This document shows, in pieces, positions 12,966 through 25,200 of a stretch of 64,000 nucleotides of DNA. Positions within the stretch are counted from its first letter, which is position 1, and every line of letters begins with the position of its first letter. The translations under genes and the position numbers were made by a program. The stretch is from Octopus sinensis (Eukaryota). The stretch spans positions 25,482,001-25,546,000 of the forward strand of contig NC_043020.1 of NCBI RefSeq assembly GCF_006345805.1, given 5' to 3'. Under the pieces are notes generated by a model. That model had not been told where the DNA came from, did no database searches, and was given only the letters and a program-made list of their open reading frames with translations.

Positions 12966-13587
12966 GTGAAATATTTTAATATATTTTAATTTCAATTTTT
13001 ATGTATTAATTGTATTAATCGAATTATATTTTCTACATCATTAACGACAATACGTATTTGAATCAACTCTTCGATTTAAGGTTTTTCCTTGGTTTTTATA
13101 ATTTATATTGAACTCATTTATTTTGTTTTGTTTATTTTGTTTATCGCTCGCCTATGACCGTTATTTGAAAGGACCAATGAAACAAATCGATTTTTAAAGG
13201 TGTATCGTTTAGCTAGTTTTGATCAAATTGTTATTTCGATTCTATTTTAACAAAACTGTCCGACGAACGGGAACGGGAATCTCCGAGTAACAGCTTTTGT
13301 CAAATTTCTGCTGCTTTTAAATAAAGCATATACCTAACTCTGGTATTTGAGTACTCTTTTTTCCACCTTGTTCACATTTATGTGCTTACTCCGGTTAATA
13401 TATAATATTATATATATAATATATATATATTATATATCTATATATATATATAATATAATATATATATTAGTCTTGGGGTTGAATTGTTCGACTAAAAAAA
13501 CCCCTTAAAATCAGTGCTCCAGCACGGCCGCAGTCAAATAATTGAAACAAGTGAAAGAATAAATGAATGAAAGAATGTGCGAGCGTA

Positions 13588-13625
<38 letters not shown>

Positions 13626-13764
13626 CGTGTTTGTGTGTGTGTGTGTATGAGTGTGTGTGTGTAAAATATAAATTCATATACAATTATACAATTATATATA
13701 ATTTATGCATGAAATAGAACAAATGAAATATGTAATGAACTCTAAATTCATTTTTCTTTCTTAC

Positions 13765-14047
13765 CTAGATCGGTGTTTGATAAAAAGACAACGGCAGTAA
13801 TCAAAGCCCCAAAGCATACAGCTACAAACAGGGAAACCAGGAAAAGAAGCAATAAACTTCTTTTGCATGACCATTTCTTGATTCTTGTGTGATAGTCAGA
13901 ACTGTCTGCAAGACTGGCATCATCACTTCCAATCCAGTTGGTAGTTGGATCGTTAAATATATACGGCCAAAATGGCGTCAATCTGGTCGCGATATTTCTG
14001 TGCGCGTTGTTCCGGTTTACAAAATCTTCAGAATCAAGTTGTCTTTC
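13765..14047 (-). CDS. Exon encoding cytoplasmic segment plus single transmembrane helix (probable type II membrane protein)
   Basis: ERQLDSEDF..DYHTRIKKWSCKR-SLLLLFLVSLFVAVCFGALITAVVFL-SNTDL; acceptor ctttatttttcag|, donor ctag|gtaaga (phase 1) joins in frame to the 7498 exon. Confidence 0.75.
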
Positions 14048-14113
14048 CTGAAAAATAAAGTATAAGAAATGATGAATAAATATTCATTTTAGAAAATCTC
14101 GACATACATACAT

Positions 14114-14147
<34 letters not shown>

Positions 14148-14169
14148 TCTGTCTGTCTGTCTGTCTGTC

Positions 14170-14420
14170 TGTCGAGTGTCACCATGCTCTCCAACAGCTC
14201 TGCCGTTCGGGGATCATATCTGTGCAACTTCAATTCCACGAAGACGTTCTATTGCAATCGAGGAAGACGGAATAACAGCGAAGTACTTGAATTACAAATG
14301 GGAATGCGACGACAATATAAAGAACCCAACAGCAATAAGCAATGCAAGGTCTGTGGAATTAAGGTTAAAAGTGTTGCCCAGTTCATAACCAGTTGTCCGT
14401 AAATACAATATGATACTTTT
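14170..14420 (+). mobile_element. Fragment of RLE-type (R4/Dong-like) retroelement, zinc-knuckle region
   Basis: ..NSNKQCKVCGIKVKSVAQFITSCP resembles the CxxC..HxxxxCP motif preceding RLE domains. Confidence 0.5.
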
Positions 14421-14453
14421 AAACCTACAGAGCGTAATGGGGCTAAAACAGTA

Positions 14454-15050
14454 GACGAGGTCTGTTCAGAAAGTAGCCGACTTTATTTTTTCCCGCCAAA
14501 CTAATGCCGCTCGGATGGAATTAACACCAATCTTCCTGCACAAACATGAAAAGTTTCGCGTCTGCAGGCGGCGTCAGTTTCCAGCTGTTCAGATGTGTTG
14601 TGCGCGTACGTATCGAGAACTCAGATCAAAGATTGGTGTACAACCGCTTCAAAGATGTCCGCACCTCAGTGGAGAGTGAAGCACGCTCGGACAGGCCATC
14701 GACAAACCGAAACGAGGAGCCGATTGAGAAGGTTTGGCGAATAGTTATCTAAGCCCGTCGTGTAACAATCCAGGAAATTGATCATGAAGTAGGAATAAGC
14801 ACAGAATCAGTGCATTCCATTTTAACGGAACATTTGTGCATGCGGAGATGTCTGCAAAATTCGTTCTTAAAGTGCTGGTGGAGCAGCAGAAGCAATTCTG
14901 CTTGGAAATCGCAAAGCACGATCCAAACATCATTGGTAATGGTCATCATTGGTAACGAGACGTGGGTCTGTGGTTTCTGTTCGCTGCGCTCATCTTGTGT
15001 GAAAACGAAAATCTTTCATAATTTAAAAGATTACGCTGGACAACAACGAT
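14454..15050 (+). mobile_element. Degenerate mariner transposon 5' half
   Basis: TA-preceded gacgaggtctgttcagaaagt TIR-like start; RFKDVRTSVESEARSDRPST..RRVTIQEI..GIS..SVHSILTEHLCMR. Confidence 0.8.
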
Positions 15051-15059
15051 TTTGCTACT

Positions 15060-16575
15060 GGGGTAAAAACAGATACTTTAGACTAAATTGAGGATGCTGA
15101 TTCCAAATCCGCACTCCGAATTGTTCTAGCACGTCAGGATTTTGAGTTAAGCGCATGCGCAAGATTATAAATATGCTTTCGGCTATATATAGGCCGTATT
15201 ACAAAAGTCGCTAAAATGAAAATGGTCTTTATTCAAAGTTAAAGAAATAACAGCAATAAAACAAACGATGAGAAAGTTCACTATTTAGTTTAGCAATAGA
15301 TGGCGCTGACGTGGTGTGTGCAATACCAAATATATCAGTTTATTCTTGGTAACTCTCCGTGTCGTTTGCCCTGCCATCATGTGTGCTATGAGTATGTCTC
15401 GCTCTGCGTGATAACTATTTTAACGATGTTCATTGTGTTAAATCATGAATAGGAGAGGTTGTGGGAATCACCCAGACAACTTTTGTTATGTCTGTGGGAA
15501 AAAGGCAAGAGGTGGGCACCTCATATATGCGGCACCGTGTGCTATTCAGGGCTTACACAGCGGATGAATAGAAAACGGAAGGGAATGCCTTTTGCTGTAT
15601 CAATGGTATGGCATGAGCCAACCAATCATGTCTCTGATTATTACTTTTGCATGACTAATATTAGTGGTTTCTCAAAGAAGACCAAAGCAATTTGTGTATG
15701 CAGATTGTAAGTCGCCTCTAAAACCGGTTCTACATGACTTCGGGAACCCTGTCCCACTTCCCTTCTCACATGCTTCGCTTGAAAATCTTAGCACCCAAGC
15801 AAGATAATGCTTACTTCTGTACTGACGTTAATGCACTCATGCAAAACTAGGACATGTGCATGTGGCTAACAAATGGAGATTGTTGATAGAATCGAGTAAA
15901 GTTGGTCTCAAAGCTGTGTTGTCACATAATGGTAATGAAAGACTTCCATTCCTGTGAGTCATGTTGTCTGTCTCGAGGAAACTTATGAATCGATGGAACT
16001 CTTTCTGAAAGGAGTTAATTACTGTTGACAAGTAGAATATTTGTTGTGGTTTCAAGGGGATTTCCCTTCCCTTAGGACTGCAGCTGGGATATACCAAAAA
16101 TATGTGCCTCTTGTGAGTTTGGAAAATCCGCGATGACAGCAATCATTACACTGTAAAAGACAGGCCTAAAAGAGACGAGCACATAGTTGGTCGGTACAAT
16201 GTGTAGCATATGCCACTGGTAGACCCATAAAAGATCTTCCTTCCACCCCTTCACATCAAACTCGGCCTCATGAAAAACTTCGTAAAAGCAATGATATACG
16301 ATGATTGTGAATTCCAGTACCTAAAATTTGGTGCCGAGAAAAGTGACGCAAAACTGAAAGCAGGCATTTTCATTGGACCCTAGATCAGTGAATTGATGTC
16401 TGGTAGCAAATTCGGAGGTAAACTAAAGCCACTGAGCTGGCGGCAAAGGATTCATTCGTATTAGTTATACAGAACTTTCTTGGAAATCATAGAGTTGAAA
16501 ACTATACCGATTTAATAAACAATATGCTAACAATGTATGAAAGAATAGAATGTCGAATGTCACTTAAAATGCACT
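15060..16575 (+). mobile_element. Decayed DNA-transposon transposase remnant (superfamily not assigned)
   Basis: MPFAVSMVWHEPTNHVSDYYFC, LPPLHIKLGLMKNFVKAM and MSLKMHFLHSHL motifs of a widespread metazoan transposase family; many stops. Confidence 0.7.
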
Positions 16576-16699
16576 TCTTGCATTCTCATCTCAAGGTGCA
16601 GGAAGCTAGTGTACTTCGGGTAATCCGTAGAAGTTCGATTCACCAACGAATTAACATGGGATATATTCATCTATCTTTATATTCTACATTCGCTACAGA

Positions 16700-17000
16700 A
16701 TTATTCAAGTATTTTTCATTATTTCTAAAAATCTCTTCGTTTGCAAACAGTCTTGAAATACGAATTGAAACGCTTTTAATATAAAACCGGTAATATTTTG
16801 GATGTGATTTGAGTTAAAGCTAATGCATTTAAGATTATCATTGGGTTTGTGGTACGGTTGATATTCAACCGTACTTAAATCCATGGTAACACCCAAGAAG
16901 TTTTCTTTACTATGTTCTTCCTCAATTGACGTAGATAAACTGAAACAATTTGAATAGCTTTTCCAGTACTTTTCTATGTTTGCGTTGCTAGGTTTATATC
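16700..17000 (-). mobile_element. Penelope-like RT C-terminal remnant
   Basis: NFLGVTMDLSTVEYQPYHKPNDNLKCISFNSNH resembles the PLE FLDVT..Y.PY.KPND....SNHP motif. Confidence 0.6.
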
Positions 17001-17434
17001 TTGTGATCTCTGTATAAATTCATTATAGTTTCAAAGAAAAGATATTGTTTATATGACTGTAATAAAATAAGATTTGTGGATGTACATTTTTCCGTCCTTA
17101 TTTTAAAGTTGTCAATATATACTCCGTATACTATATAAAATTCGAAGAAGCGAATTCAGGATTTACCCATCGGTTGAAATACCGTGTGATTGTTTACTTT
17201 AAACGAGTTCCAGTTCTTCCATATCATTCGATGTCGTTAACCAGAACCTGGATTATACTAGAGAGCTTGTAAAGTACCTATCCGGATTTCATGTCCCTAT
17301 CCATTCACATACATGCACACACACACACACACACACAATATATATATATATATATTTATACACACATATATACATATATCTATAACGTATATAATATATT
17401 TATATATATATATATTTATATATTTATATATATT

Positions 17435-17466
<32 letters not shown>

Positions 17467-17488
17467 GTGTGTGTGTGTGTGTGTGTGT

Positions 17489-17540
<52 letters not shown>

Positions 17541-18108
17541 CAAAACGCCCCCCGTCCAATGGACGGTGCTGAGTTGTCTAACATTTAAACCAAATTTTCT
17601 CAAAACAACTTGTCCGACCGTCCCTTGAGAAACATTGATTTAACCTAAATTTGAGACAACAGTAAAAGAAGAAATAAAAATAGACATTTTTTCTATTCCA
17701 AAGAAAAACGATTTTATTCACACAAATATGCAACTGAAGAGTTTAAAGTACCAGTAATGATAAGGCTGTTGACTGGAAGAACACAAACATGGTTTAAATA
17801 GTAAGCTTGGCAGGAAAGAAACGTGCCTTTGCATTTTTCTCGCGTACGCGTAGTATCGATCGCAACAGCTGATGTACTTGCGCGTACAAATGCACGTTCA
17901 CACGGCTTTATCGATCGCATTCTCACCTGGAATCGATTTTTGTAATTTTTTCAAAACTTATACACGCCCTGATACCGTCGGTATCTACATGTCAAATTTG
18001 ATCGCAATCGGATGGAGGATGCCCGAGATACAAGAAGACACACACACACACACACAGGCAGACAGAACAGATTTTATATAATTGATATATAACGTATATA
18101 ATGATATA

Positions 18109-18445
18109 GTGGAGGCGTATGGCTCATCGGTTAGAGCGTCGAGCTTACGATCGTGAAGTTGTGAGTTTGAATCCCGGACTGGGCTGCATGTTGTGTTTTT
18201 GATCAAGACACTTTATTTCACGTTGCTCCAGTTCACTCAGCTGTAGAAATGAGTTGCGACGTCACGGGTGCCTAGCTGTATCGGCCTTTGCCTTTCCCTA
18301 GGATAACACTGGTGGCGTGGAGAGGGGAGGCCGGCATCCATGGGCGACTGCTGGTCTTCCATAAACAACCTTGCCCGGACTTGTGTCTAGGAGGGTAACT
18401 TTCTAGGTGCAATCCATGGTCATTCATGACCGAAGGTGGTCTCCG
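18109..18445 (+). mobile_element. tRNA-derived SINE (second family)
   Basis: ggctcatcggttagagcg...gtttgaatcccgg head; followed by (GAA)n. Confidence 0.75.
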
Positions 18446-18529
18446 TAAAAGAAGAAGAAGAAGAAGAAGAAGAAGAAGCTGAAGAAGAAAAAAAAAGAAG
18501 AAGAAGAAGAATTATAATAATAATTAACA

Positions 18530-18895
18530 AGAGTACTCAGAGAGCGCAAACCTCCGCCAAGGCAACACCAATGTCCTCTCAACGATTAACCGGATATGAT
18601 TTTTTTAAATGAGAATATCTAAAATAAACTCGACTGCTCTCACAAACATGTATACTAAGAATGAACCCAACCGTTCTCAAAAATTAAGTAAAAAACCGGA
18701 AAAATAATCCAGAATCCTTGTCCGGTACCGGATCGATCCGAAAATCTAATTAGCTTGTGCCAGTCACGTGGCCAAACATCCCTGAAGGTTTCATCCGAAT
18801 CCATCGAGCGGTTCTTGAGATATTGTGTTCACTGACAAACAAACAAAGGCGACTAGAAACAATACATCCGCCTTCGCTAAAGCGGAGGTAATAAT
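18530..18895. mobile_element. Non-autonomous Helentron/DINE-like element
   Basis: Sub-terminal inverted repeat acctccgc...gcggaggt and internal (acaa)n. Confidence 0.4.
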
Positions 18896-18947
18896 GACAA
18901 TAATTATTACGAAGGAGCATTACCATTACCTTTAATTCCTTTTTATA

Positions 18948-19900
18948 TACGAGGTCTGCTTGATAAGTATCCGGACTGATGCAGTAGTATGCAAAGTAAA
19001 GCCGCTTGGCACAGATTGGCCTTGAATTCTGCTGTGCATCCACACTAAGTTTTAATGTTCTAGCTTACTTCCGCTGTTTATAGCAGTGCTTGGAAGGAAG
19101 GTGTGTAGCGAGTCATCGTCGCATTGATCATAACAGAGAAAGTTGTCATAGCGATACATAAATCCTTTAAAAAAATCCTTTAAAATGTTTTAGCCCGAAG
19201 GCCGCGGCCATGCTGGGGCACCACCGTTCAGAAGCCTACGCAAAGATGCAGAAAGTGTATGGAGAGGAGTGTATGAGCCGCACACAAGCGTACGAGTGTT
19301 TCAGATGTTTCAAAAATGGCGAAAAAATGTCTATATTGACAAACGTTCTGGGAGACCTGCAACCAGCAGAACTGAGAAAAATATCGCAGACGTTCGTGCA
19401 TCAGCGATGGGGAAAACGTCGAATCACCATCCGTGAGTTATCAGAGGACGTGAAGATTAGTTACGGTTCAGTTCAGTCCTTTACCACTAAAGATTTGGGT
19501 ATGAGACGCGTGTCTGCCGAGTTTGTCCCAAAACTGCTTTCAGCTGACCAAAATGACACTCAGGTTTCAGTTGCACAAGATCTCTTTGATTGTGTCGAGA
19601 ATGGTGAAAACTTTTTGAAAACTTTGCGTATGTCACTGAGCAGGTATCGCCAAGCTTTTGACAAAATTTGATGCAGATTCTCTGCTCAGCTTTCTCTATC
19701 ATGGTCAATGCAACGATCACACGTTACACACCTTTCTTCCAAGCACTGCTGTAAACTACAGAAGTGAGCTAGAACGTTAGAACTTAGACTACGTGCACAG
19801 CAGAGTTGAAGGTCGATCTGTGCCAAACAGCTTTACTCTGCATGCTCTAGCTTCATTAGTATGGCAACAGTCCGGGTACTTATTGATCAGGCCACGCATA
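18948..19900 (+). mobile_element. Mariner derivative with two head-to-head 5' ends, interrupted by a LINE 3' end
   Basis: TIRs cgaggtctgcttgataagtatccggact / agtccgggtacttattgatcaggccacg; HTH EKAEQRICIKFCQKLG on minus and YAKMQKVYGEECMSRTQAYE..RRITIREL on plus. Confidence 0.8.
19160..19236 (-). mobile_element. Extreme 3' end of the CR1-type LINE
   Basis: Reverse complement ggtggtgccccagcatggccgcggccttcgggctaaaacattttaaagg matches 46650-46700. Confidence 0.8.
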
Positions 19901-20029
19901 TACCTTCACGTTCACCCGTACGCAGCTCGCGTCTCTGCTCTGTGTATATGTATGTATATATATATATACATATATATATATTTTTAAAAGGAGTTTTAAT
20001 CAACTGACGCAATGTATGTACTATGAGTG

Positions 20030-20375
20030 CTCAGTATGGATTACTGCTAAAACTCCGGCTTCAGTCTGTAGTCTCCTGCCTCATAACCATCCACCGCATA
20101 CTCTGTTATGGACTTATCCTCTACCTCTTGCCAGATCAACCCCAGGACCTTACCCTCGTTCGATGCAGCAATTACGGGCTGGAAGGGGTCCCACGGCAAG
20201 CCCCGTACCAGATGGAGGGACGTTATTGAAGAAGATTTCCAGAGCTCGACGTCTCCTGGATGGATATAGAGGAGCCGGTATGGGACCGCCAGTAATGGAG
20301 GGCCCTGGAGGACCTGGTTGACTCCACGCACGATGACACTGCTGAGACCATCAACCTGGGGTGATCCCAACTTCA
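20030..20375 (+). mobile_element. RTE-type LINE 3' end
   Basis: ..GWKGSHGKPRTRWRDVIEED.. resembles RTE ORF C-termini; followed by (CA)n. Confidence 0.65.
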
Positions 20376-20384
20376 TTGAGCAAG

Positions 20385-20418
<34 letters not shown>

Positions 20419-20726
20419 CATTTATATAAATATATGTGAGCGTGTGTGCATATATATATATACACACACACATACATAGATATACACACATTGTACAATG
20501 TACATGCATATATGTGTGTGTATGTGTGCGTGCCTGTGTGTATGTGAGTGTGTGTGTGTGTGTAATACCGATAGGGCACAGAAAATGTGTCAATAGCCAG
20601 CTGGAGGCGATGTTCTCCTGGGGCTACAAGCTACAGTAACACCCACCGTTAGTGGTTAGCCATATTGAGATGGCAAGTATACCTCACATTGTCGTGCAGT
20701 TACTGTTTATACCTCGTTCAGAGATT

Positions 20727-20764
<38 letters not shown>

Positions 20765-21786
20765 TAGCATTATGACCCGTCGTTGCCGGGTCATAGTGCT
20801 AGTGCATGTATATATGTGTATATATATGTGTACATATTACATTTACATCTATATATATATATACATCTACGCATAGAATACAAAATACAAAGTTATATCT
20901 TGATATCGCTAGTGATAACAATACTCAAAATATATAACAGACTGGAATTGTAAGCCCGTCTCTTGCAATTTCGATCAATTGTATCTTGTCCTCCCTCTTG
21001 TATAGAAGTGTGGCTACAATCCAGCCTACCTCTACTGCTGGGGAGGGGAATATTTTTTATTTTTATCCGAGACGTCCTACGTCCCAGATATAATGGTAAT
21101 AATAAAATATTTCCACTTTGCAAGTTCGAGTCGAGTACTCCCTTGCACGCTCCGTTGACTCGAACCTTGCTTCTATTGTGGCGAATTTACCGCCTCTGGT
21201 TAGATATCTTTCATAGTCGCACCAAGATACTTTTCGATGGTGCTTTCCTCCAGGTGTTCAAATCTTTTTTTCTCTACATTGTATACTTTTTAGACAATAG
21301 TCTTTTCTTTAATTTAATTTTTTATTATCCATCTGGACTATTCCATTTCTGCACGCTAATTTTATTTTTAATTTATTCCCATTCATGTGAAACCACTTAT
21401 TCAAGTTCAAGTTATTGATGCAATTTTATACCAATTACTATTTTTACTTTTGTTATGTTACGATTATATTATACTTTAGTTTGATTTTAATTATTACTTA
21501 CTACATATAATTCAATTGTTATTATTATTTTTATTGTTAAAGTGAAATCATCTGACATAAAATAGAGAAATGTTTTTGTTTCACTTTTAACACGTAAAAA
21601 AAGTGGAGAAGAGATGATATTGCTATGGGCTCACTCAAGGCAAGAAGTTGAACATTTTTTTGCCAGTGAAACTACATGGACCCTAAGTAAGGCATGTGTA
21701 AAATTTGAATGAAATTGGTTGTGCAGTTCTCAAGTTTTAGGGAAACACACAGACAGACAGATAGACAGACAGACACAGATTCTCAG

Positions 21787-21825
<39 letters not shown>

Positions 21826-22000
21826 ACGTGATCACGTGACCGACCAGACCATCAGATGTTGTTACACTTAGCTGGTCACAATGCGTTCGCATTGTTTTAG
21901 CCTTCGAATGACGCCAACCCGCTGCTAAGCGAACAGGCCGACATATATATATATATATATATATATAATTATATATATATATATATTATATATATATATA

Positions 22001-22550
22001 TTTGAATTCGCCTTAAATGGTCCCTTTGCATACTGAATACTTGGTGAAATTGATTAATAATTAATTAATTTTACCCTCAATTGTTGAAATTATAATTCAT
22101 CTCTCTCTATTTAATGCCTCGGATTTTACCGAAAAAAGCATAGTGTTTACTGATTTTAACCCACGCTGGTGGAAAGGGGAGAGCAGAATTCTTCGCTTGC
22201 ATATTTGAGTTTGCTGACACTGTTAGTTTCGAGCAGATCTTCAGAAGCGATAAGAAGCCGAAAGGGTATGCTCCCACTTTCAGTGTTTTCAAATCCAAAC
22301 CAAGGAGTTCTGAGCTGATGATAGAAATGTCGAGTTGACTAATCTTGAAACGTACGTTCTCAAATAACCTTTGCATTTGATTTTTTAATGTCTTTACCCC
22401 CATACTTTCGTGAGTTGAATTGAGCAAACACTATATGAGAGAGGTTTTCTTTAAGTATTAGAAATAGTTTTAAAAAAGTTTTTTTTAGCTACTATTTCTA
22501 ATGAGTTCAGTATGCGGCAAAGTAATTTATTTTACTAAGCCCTTTTATAT
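22001..22550 (+). mobile_element. Solo monomer of the 539-bp hammerhead unit, flanked by (TA)n
   Basis: Reverse complement of the 3073-4273 unit, diverged; (TA)n on both sides. Confidence 0.88.
22311..22362 (+). ncRNA. Type I hammerhead ribozyme (539-bp family)
   Basis: tgag-CTGATGA-t-aga aat gtc(gagtt)gac taa tct-t-GAAA-cgtacg-TT-ctca. Confidence 0.8.
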
Positions 22551-22568
22551 AATATATATATATATATA

Positions 22569-22585
22569 TGGCGCAGAAGATAGAT

Positions 22586-22650
<65 letters not shown>

Positions 22651-22651
22651 T

Positions 22652-22721
<70 letters not shown>

Positions 22722-22850
22722 TAAAATTATAATAACCACACAGATTATTACTCCACTACACATGTGAAGTAATAATCTGTGTGGTTCTTAGACCATTTGA
22801 GGTATATTTCTAGCAGACTGGTGTTTTAATCATTCAACACTCTTATTATA

Positions 22851-22938
<88 letters not shown>

Positions 22939-22945
22939 CTGCGCC

Positions 22946-22946
<1 letters not shown>
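22569..22946. repeat. Palindromic MITE-like structure with (GATA)n/(TATC)n arms
   Basis: atggcgcagaaga(taga)n ... (tcta)tcttctgcgccat. Confidence 0.7.
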
Positions 22947-22993
<47 letters not shown>

Positions 22994-23089
22994 TAAGCTT
23001 TAGAATTTTTAGTCGATTGATAGGCCGTTCTATATATCTGCATTTTTATTCGCATATATATTTTTTTACCTTCTATGTTTTTTTTTACT

Positions 23090-23222
23090 CAACACCAGTC
23101 TGCTAGAAATATACCTCAAATGGTCTAAGAACCACACATATTATTACTCCACTACACATGTGGAGTAATAATCTGTGTGGTTCTTAGACCATTTGGGGTA
23201 TATTTCTAGCAGACTGGTGTTG
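23090..23222. repeat. ~63-bp-stem hairpin
   Basis: caacaccagtctgctag...ttactccac-tacacat-gtggagtaa...ctagcagactggtgttg; partial copy at 22734-22830. Confidence 0.9.
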
Positions 23223-23301
23223 TAATCATTCAACACTTATTATAATTCTAATATAAATTAACCATTATAATGACTTTATCCTAATTGCGCGTATGTATGC
23301 G

Positions 23302-23341
<40 letters not shown>

Positions 23342-23352
23342 TATATATATAT

Positions 23353-23424
<72 letters not shown>

Positions 23425-23426
<2 letters not shown>

Positions 23427-24031
23427 GAGTGAGAGAGCAGTTCATGCCATCAAAGTGACACTGGGGTAAAATATACGAAGCCCAATATACCCATCATGAC
23501 TACCCGTCTGATAAAGGTACACCAGGCACATGCATCACAACCATATGTGCGCGACATGGTGATCTCATATCAAGATAAACAGCACATGACCTTGCAGGTG
23601 GGGCCCAGTTAGAATTTTCTTCAGGTTGAGTAGCCCATCCCGCTCAAACGGTCCCTGAATAAGGGTTGTTTAAGGATGTTGAACGAACCACCCATGTTTC
23701 CAGAGGTGAACTATTCAAACCCCAAAGAATCCCTCTCAACACATGGCTATGATGCTCTGCCACTACTTCTGCTCGTGATCAGAGATGCACATATCGTCAG
23801 CCACTAAGGGACATGATCAACTGGTTAAAGTCAAACAACTGACAAGCAAATCTGTGGTATTGAGCAGAATATTTGCTGTAGCCCATCTTTTATACCAAGA
23901 CAAAACAATGTACATGATAACACTTCCAATCAATTAAGATCAGAAGCCATGAGAGCCACTGCCTGGTACTGCATCAGGGCATTTACTGCATCAGGGCATT
24001 TACTGCATCAGGGCATTTACTGCATCAGGGC

Positions 24032-24035
<4 letters not shown>
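23425..24035 (+). mobile_element. ~600-bp non-coding element inserted in (TTA)n, ending in a 17-bp x4 tandem
   Basis: (TTA)n on both sides; reverse-complement partial copy at 33920-34335; actgcatcagggcattt repeated. Confidence 0.7.
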
Positions 24036-24094
<59 letters not shown>

Positions 24095-24476
24095 CATCAT
24101 TATTATTATTTATTATTATTATTTATCTTATTTATGCGCCCGTTTCAAAAATGCGGGCGCAGAATACTAGAATATTCTTATATACTGAAAATTGAAAAAG
24201 TAGAGAACAAGAAGAAAAAAAAAACTAAAAATATTGTTGCTAAAGTTAGAATTTAAAAGCTAAAATATTAATAAGTACCCTTTTTTTAATTTTTACATAA
24301 AGCTTTAAATTCAAATAATCAAGAAGATATTTATTTTCAGTTTTAGTGAAAAAAACTAATTGCCTGCAAGATTACGCATTAAAAATTCGATATTATAAAT
24401 TGATGTATTTTTAAAAAATCACGTAATAACAATTAAAGCAACATTGACAATGTATTATAACCCCGCCCCCTTATTA

Positions 24477-25200
24477 AAGCGGTGAACTGGCAGAAACGTT
24501 AGCACGCCGGGCGAAATGCGTAGCCGTATTTCGTTCTGAGTTCAAATTCCGCCTAGGTCGACTTTGCCTTTCATCCTTTCGGGGTCGATTAAATAAGTAC
24601 CAGTTACGCACTGGGGTCGATGTAATCGACTTAATCCGATTGTCTGTCCTTGTTTGTCCCCTCTGTGTTTAGGCCCTTGTGAGTAGTAAAGAAATAGGTA
24701 AAGGCGGCGAGGTAGCAGAAACGCTAGCACGCCGGGCGAAATGCGTAGCCGTATTTCGTCTGCCGTTACGTTCTGAGTTCAAATTCCGCCGAGGTCGACT
24801 TTGCCTTTCATCCTTTCGGGGTCGATTAAATAAGTACCAGTTACGCACTGGGGTCGATGTAACTGACTTAATCCGTTTGTCTGTCCTTGTTTGTTCCCTC
24901 TGACTTTAGCCCCTTGTGGGTAATAAAGAAATAGGTATTTCGTCTGCCGCTACGTTCTGAGTTCAAATTCCGCCTAGGTCGACTTTGCCTTTCATCCTTT
25001 CGGGGTCGATTAAATAAGTACTAGTTACGCACTGGAGTCGATATAACCGACTTAATCTGTTTGCCTGTCCGTGTTTGTCCTCTCTGTGTTTAGCCCCTTC
25101 AGGGTAGTAAAGAAATAGGTATTTCGTCTGCCGCTACGTTCTGAGTTCAAATTCCAGTTGCGTACTGGGGACGATCTAATCGACTGGCCCTCACCCACAA
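24477..25200 (+). mobile_element. Tandem head-to-tail SINE fragments (third family)
   Basis: gttctgagttcaaattccgcc.aggtcgactttgcctttcatcctttcggggtcg recurs at ~24535, 24770 and 24955, partial at 25140; related copies at 26810 and 27105. Confidence 0.8.

Noticed and set aside
13245-13300. acaaaa-ctgtccgacga...ccgagtaacagc-ttttgt resembling a hammerhead
   Set aside because: Neither core element is canonical; at best a heavily decayed relic
20963-21418. 151-aa plus-strand ORF
   Set aside because: Non-ATG start, no domain, compositionally AT-rich noise
24477-25200. Regularly spaced repeats suggestive of CRISPR
   Set aside because: Units are ~180-230-bp SINE fragments without unique spacers; eukaryotic context, no cas genes
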